Assembly (NCBI RefSeq): GCF_035084215.1
Contig: NC_090360.1
Coordinates: forward strand, 13,144,001-13,208,000
Direction of reading: 5' to 3'
Length of the DNA: 64,000 nt
DNA from: Heptranchias perlo
Taxonomy: Eukaryota
Shown piece after piece: positions 39,594 to 51,340 of the stretch (positions within the stretch are counted from its first letter, which is position 1; every line of letters starts with the position of its first letter). The notes beneath the pieces are model-generated. The model saw nothing but the letters and a program-made list of their open reading frames with translations, searched no databases and was not told where the DNA came from. The translations under genes and the position numbers were made by a program.

Positions 39594-39820
39594 CACCAAG
39601 TGTGCTTAGTCCAGCTCTTATGAATTTTGCCGCTGGGTCAAAAAAGGTACTAAGATTGAAATCTGGGGCATCAAATGCCTCTATTCCATAGTAATGTATG
39701 TCCATGTCCATGTCCTTGTAATATCTGGCTCCAGTGTTAATATTGAAAGTTCCATCAGCAGCATTGAGGATGTGTGTAATTCCCAGTCTCTTTAGAGTCG
39801 ACTTATCTCGAGCTGTCCAC
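39594..39820 (-). CDS. DUSP13B: DUSP13B-like middle coding exon (227 bp)
   Basis: Acceptor ttctccag|39820, donor 39594|gtaagt. Encodes WTARDKSTLKRLGITHILNAADGTFNINTGARYYKDMDMDIHYYGIEAFDAPDFNLSTFF. Confidence 0.92.
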
Positions 39821-40126
39821 CTGGAGAACATTAAATGGTTATTTGAATCTTATTTGGCCCTTAAACAGGCATTAGGCCCTCATTAGCTTATGCTAGGGGC
39901 TTAACCTCTGTTTAAGGCAGCCACCAGGGACACCTGAATATCACCTGAGCCTGTATATTATCAGGTGTATTTCAGGCACATTAGCATTGGTACAACTATT
40001 GGGGATAATGCATCGAAACAAAAGTTAACACAATATGTTAAAGTATGAAAATAATGTGTAAAATCCAAATAAATCTTAGTGATAGTTTCAATTATTTCTT
40101 TAAGTGACAGTGAACATTTCTAAGGA

Positions 40127-40590
40127 TCAGTTTTAACCCTCCCGAAGGAAACTGGGCAGGTGGGAAGTTAGAATTGAGCAGATTTCTTACCTGCTCAGAC
40201 CCTGACCATTTCTGATTTTAACATGTAAGGTTTCGCAGGCAGATGAGGCAGCCGCCTAAAGCAAGTGGAAGCCTCATAAATTTACGCAAATCGGAGTCCT
40301 ATTATGTCAATAGGATCCTGATGCAGTTTTCACCAGGCCTGAGCGGAGAAGCCGCCGAAAGGTAAGAGGCCTGTTCGGTAAGTTTTAAACTTTCCTTTTT
40401 GCTCTTTTGGGTTGCACAAGGAAAGTCACCTCCCCCAGACTCATTCCTGCTGCCCCCTCTTCTGTCCTGCGAGACCCTCACAAAACTCCCTGCCCACCAC
40501 TTAACTGGAAGACAGTGAGCGGCCTTGGCCACCTGACCTTCCCTGCCGGCAGTGTAAGTTAAATGAAGCCCAGCGGTTAAAATCAGCGTC
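40127..40590. mobile_element. Probable non-autonomous DNA transposon remnant
   Basis: Ends gttttaaccct..cccg and gcggttaaaatc form an imperfect inverted repeat. Similar in style to 3200-3335. Confidence 0.4.
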
Positions 40591-40717
40591 GTTGCTGCTG
40601 CAGGCGGGAAATGAACTTGTCACAGCAGCAACTCACAGGGCAGAGGCAGCAGCATCCACTAGTTTCAGTGCAACAAAGTTGGATCATTGAACAATATTTT
40701 TTAGGCTGTGCTCTTAC

Positions 40718-40881
40718 GCATCTCCCAGGTGAAGGTTTGGCCAAACCTGATCCACATGTCCACAGTCTGCGTTAGTCCACAGAAGGCGCTGGAGCTCTGA
40801 TACAGTTGGAGGTTCATAATTATCCTTACTTCCACTCCCCAAACCAGATCGGGATACAAAGTTCTTGTCTAATGTTTCCAT
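40718..40881 (-). CDS. DUSP13B: DUSP13B-like first coding exon (absent from the ORF track)
   Basis: tttcag|a ATG at 40881, donor 40718|gtaaga (phase 2). Encodes METLDKNFVSRSGLGSGSKDNYEPPTVSELQRLLWTNADCGHVDQVWPNLHLGD, like human TMDP YQPPTLASLQRLLW. Spliced CDS is 591 nt (196 aa). Confidence 0.92.
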
Positions 40882-41149
40882 TCTGAAATGCAAAGCCTGT
40901 TATATAATACGCTGTATTTCTCTGTTACTGTCGACTGTTCTTTTCCTTTTCAACAACAGAATAGATACTTGGCCCTCTATTAATTTTCTTACCAAATACC
41001 AGTAAAATGCCCTCTTAAAATTATTGATGTAATCATGGAGCACAGAGGAAATCATTCCCCAGTGCGACTTAACCTAAACTTTAGAGAGGCGCCCTCAAAC
41101 CACACTATAGTGTGGAACTTCTCATTTGTCAGACCACCCATCCTTATGG

Positions 41150-41558
41150 GTACTCTGTCCCACTCCAGAGACTTGAGTACAAAACCTAGGCTGACACTCC
41201 AGAGCAGTACTGAGGGAGTGCTGCACTGTCAGAGGTGCTACCTTTCAGATGAGACGTTAAACTGAGGCCCTGTCTGCCCTCTCAGGTGGAAATAAATGGT
41301 CCAATGGCTCGATTTGAAGAAGAGCAGAGGAATTTTCCCAGTGTCCTGGCCAATAATTATCCTTCAACCAACACCTAAAACAGATTATCTGGCCATTTAT
41401 CCTATTGCTGTTTGTGGGAGCTCGCTGTGCACAAATTGGCTGCCGCGTTTCCTACATTACAACAGCGACCACTTCAAAAAGTACTTTATTGGCTGTGAAG
41501 CACTTTGCGACGTCTTGAGGTTTTGAAAGGCGCTATATAAATAAATGCAAGTTCTTTC
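41150..41558 (+). mobile_element. Deu-domain SINE
   Basis: Similar to 35640-36100. Confidence 0.8.
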
Positions 41559-42588
41559 CCTAAAAGAGAGTATTAGTAGAGTATCAAATTATGGACACAC
41601 TTGTACCCAAGTTTGGTCCCCTCCCCAGGTCTGTGCTGAGTTCGATGGTCTCAATCAGTGCTGTGGTAAGGGCCCTGAGGGCTGCTATTTATTACGTGTG
41701 AAACCTTAGAAGCCAGATCAGAGATACAGTAAGTGTAACTGTAGCCAACTGCAGTATTCTCTCCCTGACTTTAATTACCACATGCATAAAAATAAACCTG
41801 CTGTAAGAAATCTATATTCATTTCTCCAGACCTTTCTGTTGAGTAAGATATAAGCAACATTAAAAACTTGTCAAAGAATAACTTGTGAAAACTATACTAG
41901 TCATTTGTTCGTGACTCAAATTCACTCGATGAATATTTTGCTTACATGAGTCATTTTCAAGTGTATCTTGTTCCAAACCATGGATGGTTAAATGACTATT
42001 AAAGTCATAAAGACATGGGAGGCATTTTGTTCTCTCACCAAGCAAGATACCTACAGGTGCTTTTGCTCTGGGGTTTTTTTTGGTCCTATCCCAGGACCTT
42101 AACCTTGACATTACCTCTCCTTCAATTAGTATCTGTTGACACCCCAGATTACATCAGGACATCCATGCAGGAATTGAGGTGTGAACCTGCATTATGATGT
42201 TTTGTGGCAGTGTGATAGTCCATCAAATCACTGAATCATGGGCTGTCAGCATTCACTGACAAAAAACTTGGTTTATTCATTTGCTTTTGTGGGGCATGCT
42301 GTGCACAAATCGCCACGTTTGACCACATAACAACAATGACCACGTATCAAAAGGTGACTCATTGACTGTCAACGAGTGATAATAAAAAGAGGTGATAATA
42401 AAAACCAGTCTTGACCAAATCAACCACATTCAGCTTTCTATCTACAAAATCATCAAATACCTGTCTGATTAAACACAGCTACCAGCTTCTGAAATGTAGA
42501 ATTGTTTCTGACAGCAGGTAACAACAATTAAGCTAACACAAACACGGTCTCTATCCCCATTACAGAGAGAAGTAATTTGTGAACTTAC

Positions 42589-42720
42589 CGTCTTCAGTTT
42601 TTATGTAATGCTGTGAATTTTATTTTACGAGCTGTTCTTCTCTGTTAATACTCCGTTCCCCAGTTATTAAGCGACACAATGTACACTCCTCTCCGATCAG
42701 TTTACTGAGCATAACATGTG
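42589..42720 (-). other. Candidate non-coding 5' exon of the DUSP13B-like gene
   Basis: Consensus donor cg|gtaagt at 42588. The coding exon starts with an acceptor 1 nt before its ATG. An in-frame TGA makes this exon non-coding. The 5' boundary is unknown. Confidence 0.4.
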
Positions 42721-43847
42721 ACACTGTGTCTCTGTGTGATATCATCTTCCAACCCGGACTATACCTCGGGCAGTTGCCACATTTTAGCCCTGGTTCCTGC
42801 CAGTAGAGATTCAGCAGCAGCAGAGTGTAACGTCTCCTTAAACCAGATACGGTGAGACTTTAACAATTCCTCCCATTGCATTTCTTAAAATTTCCACTAA
42901 TTTTCAAGAAAAATCATCACTCATGGAAAAAGTGCTGGAAATGACTTTCTTTTTAGTTCAAGAGAGAGGACCCGGAAGAGACATTTCATTTTCATCATAA
43001 TGACATTACAAGCAACTGATAATAATGGTGTGCTTTATGCCATTATCTTGTGAGTTGCAAACTACATTAAAAACATTTTGCCAAACAGCGTGGAAGGCAC
43101 TGAATATTCCAACTGCCACAGAAAATCTCGGACTAAGCAATAACTGTACTTCAGGCGGGGAAGGTCTCCGCTAACCAATAAATATGATCGTTGCAGTCTG
43201 AGCAATGACAACAGCTAGGCAACATGTACAATTATTTTTTTCAGTGTTCAACAATAATGTGACACGTTCTTGAATATCGTGATGTCACTACACACTGAAT
43301 CGTTCACAATAACTTGTACTTCAGTTTTGATCATTTAGTATCTCTAAGTTCCTTATCACAGCTGGGGTACAGGAGGAGGTGGAGAGGAGAGACACCTCCC
43401 TCCAGGGAGGAGGGAAAACTCAGTTTGACAGCAATGGCTGCTGTCAAACACCTCCTTGGATTGGCCTGGGATCAGACTATAGATGCTGCTCCCTTGGGTG
43501 CAGAGTGCACGGCTCATGGGAGGAATCCTGTGAGAGATGGGGATAGGAAATAAGGAGCTTCTGACCTTGCAGAGCAATGTACCTTTACAAAACTAAAAAA
43601 AGTTGGATAGATTAAAGTGACTATGGTGCTACAGAAGGGCAGATGGGCACTTTAACAGTGCAGAGGGGATGCAGATGATCATTTTTGGAGTAAGCCATTG
43701 CAAGAACTCCGCCTGCCTGGAAACTCTCTGAAAGGTTGGCAATGTCCCTTTTAATAAATATTATGATCAGGCTGTCTTTGGACTTCTGCAGTTAAGAAAT
43801 ATTTAAAACCTTGAACAAGAGGCACTGGTGCAGCATCAGTCGGTTGT

Positions 43848-44083
43848 CTAACAGCAGGTCGAGCAATATGTGGCCCCTTTTGTGGACTTTCTTTTCTTTT
43901 CGTTTAACTTTATGTCCAGGTTGCGTAACTGTTCCAGAAATCCCCGATTGGGTGAAATAGGCCTGTATAAAATGACCCTTTCGGCTGCATCGCGCAGAGA
44001 GCGATCGTGATAAATCATAAGATAGGCCAGTACCAGGGAGGCTGATCTGCTCATTCCAAGGATACAATGTACCAGGAGCTTCG
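43848..44083 (-). CDS. DUSP13-family paralog 3, last exon (HCILGMSRS; C-terminus [16 protein letters not shown])
   Basis: Acceptor ctcttgcag|44083 in phase 1. Encodes [53 protein letters not shown]. Confidence 0.92.
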
Positions 44084-44195
44084 CTGCAAGAGAAAAATAT
44101 AACTGCTTGAGTGTTTGGATTCTTCAATTACAGGCAGTCAGAATGGTGACACATAAATTTTGCATTGTAAATTCCAAACCATTGAAAAGAACTGT

Positions 44196-44575
44196 ACTGG
44201 GCTCCCTGATGACTAAGTGGGTAAGTGTAGCACTGATTGGGAAGGCCCAAGCTCCCATCCCATTCCGTGCTGAGTTAGCTGATTTTAGTCGAAGAGGTAA
44301 AGTTGAGCACAGTGCCCCAGGACTGGGGAGGGGAAAGGTCAGTCAGGATTCCTGCTCTCGGTTGATATTCAATAACTCATGCGAGCAGGTTTACACGTGT
44401 TGACGTGAAGTGAGGACAGGATCAGGTTCAGCTGTGACACTCTTCACAGTGGATCGACCTGCTGACAGTCGCTGTAAAGGCTTTCACATGGGGAATGGAC
44501 TCTAGAGTGAGATACCACGTGGCTGTTGGCAGCTGTGAATGATGCCCAGCAAGTCCCCCACCTTCAGGGAGGAAA
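44196..44575 (+). mobile_element. Ancient SINE (AmnSINE2-like)
   Basis: gtgctgagttagctgat...ggggaggggaaa..gtgaggacaggatcagg is shared with 45860-46130, 59130-59420 and 6336-6580 (reverse complement). Confidence 0.5.
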
Positions 44576-45564
44576 GCAAAGAAAAAGGGAAACTTTTTAA
44601 AAAAAAACTCCATCCAATATTATTTTGTGAATTTCTCTTTATTCACTTTATTCAAAATATCTTTGTTTAAATAGATATCTATGACATCATCAGGACAATT
44701 GTCTTAAGGGAGTTATTGACCAGATTAATCAAAACTAGCAGACATGTACGTTAACCTCTGGCTTTACACTATTTGCTAATGCAACTTCCTCGGGCATCAT
44801 GTGAAGTAACTCCTCCGACTTAGATACATACTGAATTCAAAACAAAATAACAAGGGTGTTAAAATTAGTCATAATTCTTTGTCACTGATTTTTAAAGGGT
44901 GACTGATTGTGAAATCCTGATCCCAACGAAGGGATCAGGAAACAACTGGTCGCATTGAGAAAATCCCGAGCGAGCCTTCGCCTGGCGCAGCACTCCATTA
45001 ATGCAAGATGCTGGGACAATAATACTTGCTTATATCTCTCTTTTCCAATATACTTACTGTGTAATTAGTGACCAGTTTGTGGTTCTAATTTGTAGTGTGT
45101 GCATGCATTGCCTACGCATACAAGGGTAATGTACACCCTTGGATGTGCTGCTGGTGGAATTTGAGCGTAGCCACTGCAAAAGGGATAATTGCAGGCCTCA
45201 CAAAATTTCATCAGGCCTCTACCTCTTTGTAGCTGCACGACAGTCACTAGGGTGACTTTCCCTCTAGTTCTCCTTCCCTCCCTAAATGTAGGGAGCATTT
45301 AGCCTTTGCTTGGCTCCTCCCCTTGAAATCAGGAGCTCCATGTGCAGATGCAGACCCTCTGTATCACAGCATGTTGATGGACCACACCACATGACTGCTC
45401 CTTTTCAGAACAGTTTTAAAAAAGGTCAACGGTTATATTTCACAAACTATGACATCCTTCTCTTCTCTACTAATTGGGTGGATCCATATAATGAGCAGAT
45501 TTACCTACAACTACACAGTCTACTTAGTGCATCTAAATTCAATGGACATCATAACATGCCTTAC

Positions 45565-45782
45565 CATCTGGAGTATTCAGTGTTTGATGTATCTGTTCAG
45601 CAGCAGTGTAGAAATACGTACTCAGGTCAAAGTCTGGGGAATCGTCAGCTGCTATTCCGTAGTAATTTATTTTCTTGCCGTAAAAGATTTGATCTCCTTT
45701 GCTACCCCATTTGGAATGTGCAGCATTTAACACATGAGTGATCCCCAGCTTCCTTAATTGTTTTCTGTCATGGGCTATTACC
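45565..45782 (-). CDS. DUSP13-family paralog 3, middle exon (218 bp)
   Basis: Acceptor cgttatag|45782, donor 45565|gtaagg. Encodes VIAHDRKQLRKLGITHVLNAAHSKWGSKGDQIFYGKKINYYGIAADDSPDFDLSTYF. Confidence 0.92.
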
Positions 45783-45859
45783 CTATAACGAGAACAGAAT
45801 GATCATGTAAGTTTTCAGTTTTAGAAGAAAATAATGTAATGTTGTACTACTTGCCATAA

Positions 45860-46130
45860 AGATCAGGAAAATCTCCAGCTCAATTCCCTAGTGTGTGCTG
45901 AGTTAGTCAATTGCTCAGTCAGTGATATTAGGTCCTCTGCAATTGGGAGGAATTGATCAAGGCTCTTGTTCCTGATTGTAACCCCAGTGGAAAATATTCG
46001 ATAAGCTCAGGATTGGCACTGATACCTCCCTCGGTCAAATGGTCTGCTGACATTCACTGTCTCACCTCATGTATAAAATAATGGTGACTTAGCAGAATAC
46101 TGGAGGACTGACACTGCCTGTGGAGCTTCC
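45860..46130 (+). mobile_element. Ancient SINE (AmnSINE2-like)
   Basis: tgtgctgagttag..ctgacattcactgtct..aatggtgactt, as in the other copies. Confidence 0.45.
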
Positions 46131-47072
46131 GGTTAAAGAGGGTGAAAAATGGAACAAAATTTGAATATTTTTATCAACGAATGTGTATGTTTACATTTCA
46201 AATTTGCTGTTGGTCCAGGAAATTGAAGCCTACATTTGAATCTTTACCGAGTACCTACAAGATATTGTACACACAGGTAGGATTGACACAAGGGCAGGTC
46301 TAGTCATAAGAATTGAACTGTGGTAAAGTGGTGGATGGCTTGTTGATGAATCAAGTCTGATTAAGCTATTGGGATGTTGTCCTCTCATCCCACCACAGGG
46401 AGTCTCCTCTATGGAGGCCATGATCTAACTGAATAGGCACAAGTGGCTGAATGGCCCAGTAGTTCCTACGTTTCTAACCCAGAGTTATGTATTTAAGTGC
46501 CAGATTTGGCAGATGTTTACGTTTAGTGAACCTCATTGGGAGAGCTTTGATGGATCTCATCTGGTCCACTAGATGGAGCCCTATATGGGAGTGCAGTGAT
46601 ATTTCACATGGAGTAAAGCAAGCAGGATCAACCTGACCTCACAGGAAAAAGGGCAATGTGCTCACACCCTCCCCCACCAATTATCATAGGTCACTGGAAA
46701 CCAAATAAAGACATCTCTCCTCCCATTACCACAGACTACCTATTTAAAAAATTACTAGACAAACAATCTTATTGCTTTCATAAGTTGATCCTAGTCTCAG
46801 CCACAGTCAGCACCTTTTTGAACTGTGGAAGGTTTAGAATTTCTTCTCAATTTATTCTTTAACCTATTCATTACATCCTTCAGACAGAGATACCATCGAG
46901 TACTTCCTATTCTAGCACTGTAATGCGGTTTAAAAGAATGCACTGAAGCTAATTTCATTCCTTCCTGTTTTTAACACCAATGAAGTTGCTTAAATAAATC
47001 TGTGCTGAGTTCCTTGCCCTGTGCTGTTTGCTAAAAGTGTACTATCTCTGTAGCAGGTGCATGTGTACTTAC

Positions 47073-47242
47073 AAGTCTCCAATGTATAGGTTAGGCCATA
47101 CTTCATCGACGTGGTTTAATTGGACTCTGCTACTCTCCAGGATTTTCTCCAATTCTGTAACAGAAGGAGTTGTTGAATCACAGATTGAGTTACTATTAGA
47201 GAGATCAGGACTGCCTCCGGGTAGAGATTCTTCCGCTGACAT
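47073..47242 (-). CDS. DUSP13-family paralog 3, first coding exon (absent from the ORF track)
   Basis: ATG at 47242, donor 47073|gtaagt (phase 2). Encodes MSAEESLPGGSPDLSNSNSICDSTTPSVTELEKILESSRVQLNHVDEVWPNLYIGD. Spliced CDS is 624 nt (207 aa), DUSP13A/MDSP-like. Confidence 0.92.
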
Positions 47243-47439
47243 GGGTGCACCTCAGTTTCTCCTGAAATATTGCTTTTGAAGGCTCGTCAGCCCTTCCCAA
47301 CGTTCAGTGTTTAAATATTTATTGCTGTGAAAGTGATGATGATGCATTTCCTCAATCTCTCTTTGACATTTACAAACAGCTGTGATTCCTTGCTCCATTT
47401 CACACCACCATGTGTCTGTTAGGAACAGACTCCATTTTA

Positions 47440-47800
47440 TAGAATCATGGAATATTACAGCACAGGAGGAGGCTATTCGGCCCATCGTGCCTGTGCCGGC
47501 CCTTTGAAAGAGCTATCCAATTAGTCCCACTTCCCTGCTCTTTCCCCATAGCCCTGCAATTTTTTTCCCTTCAAGTATTTATCCAATTCCCTTTTCAAAG
47601 TTACTATTGAATCTGCTTCCACCTCCCTTTCAGGCAACGCATTCCAGATTATAACAACTCGCTGCAGAAAAAAAATCTCTTCTCATCTCACCTGTGGTTC
47701 TTTTGCCAATGACCTTAAATGTGCGTCCTCTGGTTACCGACCCTCCTGCCAGTGAAAACAGTTTCTCCCTATTTACTCGATCAAAACCCCTCATAATTCT
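47440..47800 (-). mobile_element. CR1 3' end
   Basis: IMRGFDRVNREKLF; tail (tagaatca). Confidence 0.85.
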
Positions 47801-47932
47801 GCTTTTAAAACAAAGCATAACACAGAAGACTGAAATAAATTCTACTTTAAGTTTACAGTTTAATTTAAAACAGGTGAAAAATGCTGCAAAGGGGCAGTGT
47901 CTGCATCCACTCAAGCCTCATGGTACTCTTTC

Positions 47933-50900
47933 ATAGAATTATAGAAAGGTTACAGCGCAAAAGGAGGCCATTCGGCCCATCGAGTCCATGCTGGCTCTAT
48001 GCAAGAGTAATCCAGCTAGTCCCATTCCCCCACCCTATCCCTGTACCCCTGCAATTTTTTCCTTTCAAGTACTTATCCAGTTCCCTTTTGATTGAATCTG
48101 CCTCCACCACCCCCTCAGTGCATTCCAGATCCTAACCACTCACTTTGTAAAAAAAATGTTTCCTCATATCACCTTTGGTACTTTTGCCAATCACCTTAAA
48201 TCTTTGTCCTCTGGTTCTTGACCCTTCCGCCAAAGGGAACAGTTTCTCTCTAACTACTCTGTCTAGACCCTTCATGATTTTGAATACCTCTATTAAATCC
48301 CCTCGCAACCGTCTCTATTCCAAGGAGAACAACCCCAGCTTCTCCAGTCTATCCCCATAACTAGAGTCCCTCATCCCTGGAATCATTCCAGTAAATCTCT
48401 TCTGCACCCTCTCTAAGGCCTTCACATCATTCCTAAAGTGCGGTGCCCAGAACTGGACACAATACTCCAGTTGTGGCCGAACCAATGTTTTATTAAGGTT
48501 CATCATGACTTCTATACTTTTGTACTCTATGCCTCTATTTATAAAGCCCAGGATCCTGTATGCTTTTTTAACCCCTTTCTCAATCTGCCCTGCCACTTCC
48601 AACCATTTGTGCACATCTACCCCCAGATCTCTCTGTTCCTGTACACCTTTTAGAGTTGTGCCCTCTAGTTTATATTGCCTCTTCTCGCTCTTCCTACTGA
48701 AATGTATCACTTTGCATTTTTCTGCGTTAAATTTCATCTGCCACGTGTCCGACCATGCCACCAGCCTGTCTATATCCTCTTGAAGTTTATCACTATCCTC
48801 CTCACTGTTTACTACCCTCCCAAGTTTTGTGTCATCTGCAAATTTTGAAATTGTGCCCTGTACACCTGTACAAGTCATTAATATATATTAAGAAAAGCAG
48901 TGGTCCCAGCCATGACCCCTGGGGAACACCACTTTACACCTTCCTCCAGTCCGAAAAAAAAACATTAACCACTATTCTTTGTTTCCTGTCATTTAGCCAA
49001 TTCTGTATCCATGTTGCTACTGCCCCCTTTATTCCATGGGCCGCAATCTTGATGATAAGCCTATCATGCGACACTTTATCAAACGCCTTTTGAAAGTCCA
49101 TACACACCACATCAACTGCATTGCCCTCATCCACCCTCTCTGTTACCTCATCAAAAAACTCTATCAGGTTAGTTAAACACGATTTGCCTTTAACAAATCT
49201 GTGCTGGCTTTCCCTAATCAATCCACACTCATCCAAGTGAGTGCTAATTCTGTCCTGCATTATCGTTTCTAAAAGTTTCTCCACCACTGACTGGCCTGTA
49301 GTTGCTGGGTTTATCTTAACACCCTTTTTTGAACTGGAAAAGCTGCAAGCTCAAACCAACCGCCTCAACCGGCCAATGGAAAGCGGCGCTTCGCATGCTG
49401 AGAAGAGAAATGAAAACTAGAACCTCTCCTCCGCTCCATGTTCACATCGATGAAACGACTCCATGTCGTGTCCATGTTAAGAAGAGTCCAAAGCCAGCAA
49501 AGAAAGTCCAGCAAAAGCTGAAAGGAGCATGGGAATGTGGGAACCTACGAGCAACCAACAAGGTGAAGACCAAAGCCCCAGTGGTGTAACATTTGCAATT
49601 CTCCAGTCCTCTGGCACCACCCTCGTATCTAAGGATGATTGGAAGATTATGGCCAGTACCTCCGCAATTTTCACACTTACTTCCCTCAGCAACCTAGGAT
49701 GCATCCCATCCGGACCGGGTGACTTATCTACTTTAAGTACAGCCAGCCTTTCTAGTACCTCCTCTTTATCAATTTTTAGCCCATCCACTATCTCAACTAT
49801 ATCTTCCTTTACTGAGACTCTGGCAGCATATTTTTCCTTGGTAAAGACGGATGCAAAGAACTCATTTAGTACCTCGGCCCCACCCCTCCTCTTACTACCC
49901 ATTTACTGTTTACATGCTTGGAGAAGACTTTTGGATTCCCTTTTATGTTAGCCGCCAGTCTATTCTCATACTCTCTCTTTGCCCCTCTTATTTCCTTTTT
50001 CACTTCTCCTCTGAACTTTCTATATTCTGCCTGGTTCTCACTTGTGTTATCAACCTGACATCTGTCATACGCCCCTTTTTTCTGTTTCATCTTACTCCCA
50101 ATCTCTTTTGTCATTCAGGGAGCTCTGGCTTTAGTTGCCCTACCTTTCTGCCTCATGGGAATGTGCCTGGACTGTACCCGAACCATCTCCTCTTTAAAGG
50201 CTGCCCACTGTTCAATTACAGTTTTGCCTGCCAATCTTTGATTCCAATTGAATATTTTTACTTTAGAGTGGTCCGTGTCCTTTTCCATAGCTATTCTAAA
50301 CCTTATGATCGCTGCTCCCTAAAAGGTCCCCCACTGACACTTGCTCCACTTGGCCCACCTCATTCCCCAGAACCAGCAATGCCTCCTTCCTCGTTAGGCC
50401 AGAAATATACAGGTCAAGAAAGTTATCCTGAACACATTTCAAAAATTCCTCCCCCTTTTTTCCCTTTATATTATTATTGTTATCCCAGTCTATATTGGGA
50501 TAGTTGAAGTCCCCCATTATCACTACTCTATGGTTCTTGCACCTCTCTGTAATTTCCCTGCAAATTTGCTCCTCTATATCCTTCCCACTAGTTGGTGGCC
50601 TATAGAATACACCCAGTAGTGTAATGGCACCTCTTTTATTTCTTAACTCTAACCAAATAGATTCTGTCCTTGACCCCTCCAGGACATCCTCTCTCTCCAA
50701 TAGTGCAATATTCTCCTTAATCAATACTGCAACCCCCGCCTCCCCACTCCTTTCTTTCCTTCCCTATCTTTCCTGAACACCTTGTATCCAGAAATATTTA
50801 GTACCCAATCCTGCCGTTTTTTGAGCCAGGTCTCCACTATCGCCACGACATCATATTCTCATGTGGCTATTTGCGCCTGCAGCTCACCAACCTTGTTTAT

Positions 50901-51340
50901 CATGCTTCGTGCGTTCACACACATGCACTGCAAAAAAACAGTCCTAGACTTTCTTTTACTCTCTCTTAGTCTGATCCTACCTAATACTGCACTATTCCTT
51001 GCTCTAGTGCTATCTTTCTCTCCCAATCCTTTGTGCCCCTTGTTTCTCCTTTCCAGTGCTACATCCAGGAGGTGCCCATCCCCCTGCCAAATTAGTTTTA
51101 AACACCCCCCCCCCCACACACACACAGCACCAGCAAACCGCCCCACGAGGACAAATTGGTCCCAGCTCTGTTGAGGTGCAACCCGTCTGGGCTGTACAGG
51201 TCCCACCTCCCCCAGAACCGGTCCCAATGCCCCAGGAATCTAAAGCCCTCCCTCCTGCACCTTCTCTCCAGCCAGGCATTCATCTGTTCTATCCTCCTAT
51301 TTCCTACACTCGCTAGCGCGTGTCACCGGGAGTAATCCTT
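47933..51340 (-). mobile_element. Long CR1 LINE: ORF1 SGNH-esterase end, APE endonuclease, RT and 3' UTR (degenerate, interrupted at 49335-49582)
   Basis: NAWLERRCRREGFRFLGHWDRFWGRWDLYSPDGLHLN (ORF1); NARS, GVFYRPP, MGDFNYP, SDH (endonuclease); MDFQKAFD and KFADD (RT). Confidence 0.95.
49335..49582 (+). pseudogene. ODF2: Inserted fragment of ODF2/cenexin 5' sequence (5' UTR plus the first ~57 codons)
   Basis: ATG at 49410 gives MKTRTSPPLHVHIDETTPCRVHVKKSPKP...NLRATNKVKTKAP versus recalled human cenexin MKDRSSTPPLHVHVDENTPVHVHIKKLPKP...NVRRSVRVKTKVP. It interrupts the CR1 sequence tttgaac[aag]ggtgtaac, which is intact at ~38981-38998. Confidence 0.8.

Noticed and set aside
49329-49589. Functional ODF2 gene or novel microprotein
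   Set aside because: Only ~57 codons, embedded in a LINE, with no further ODF2 exons in the window. Treated as a captured fragment.
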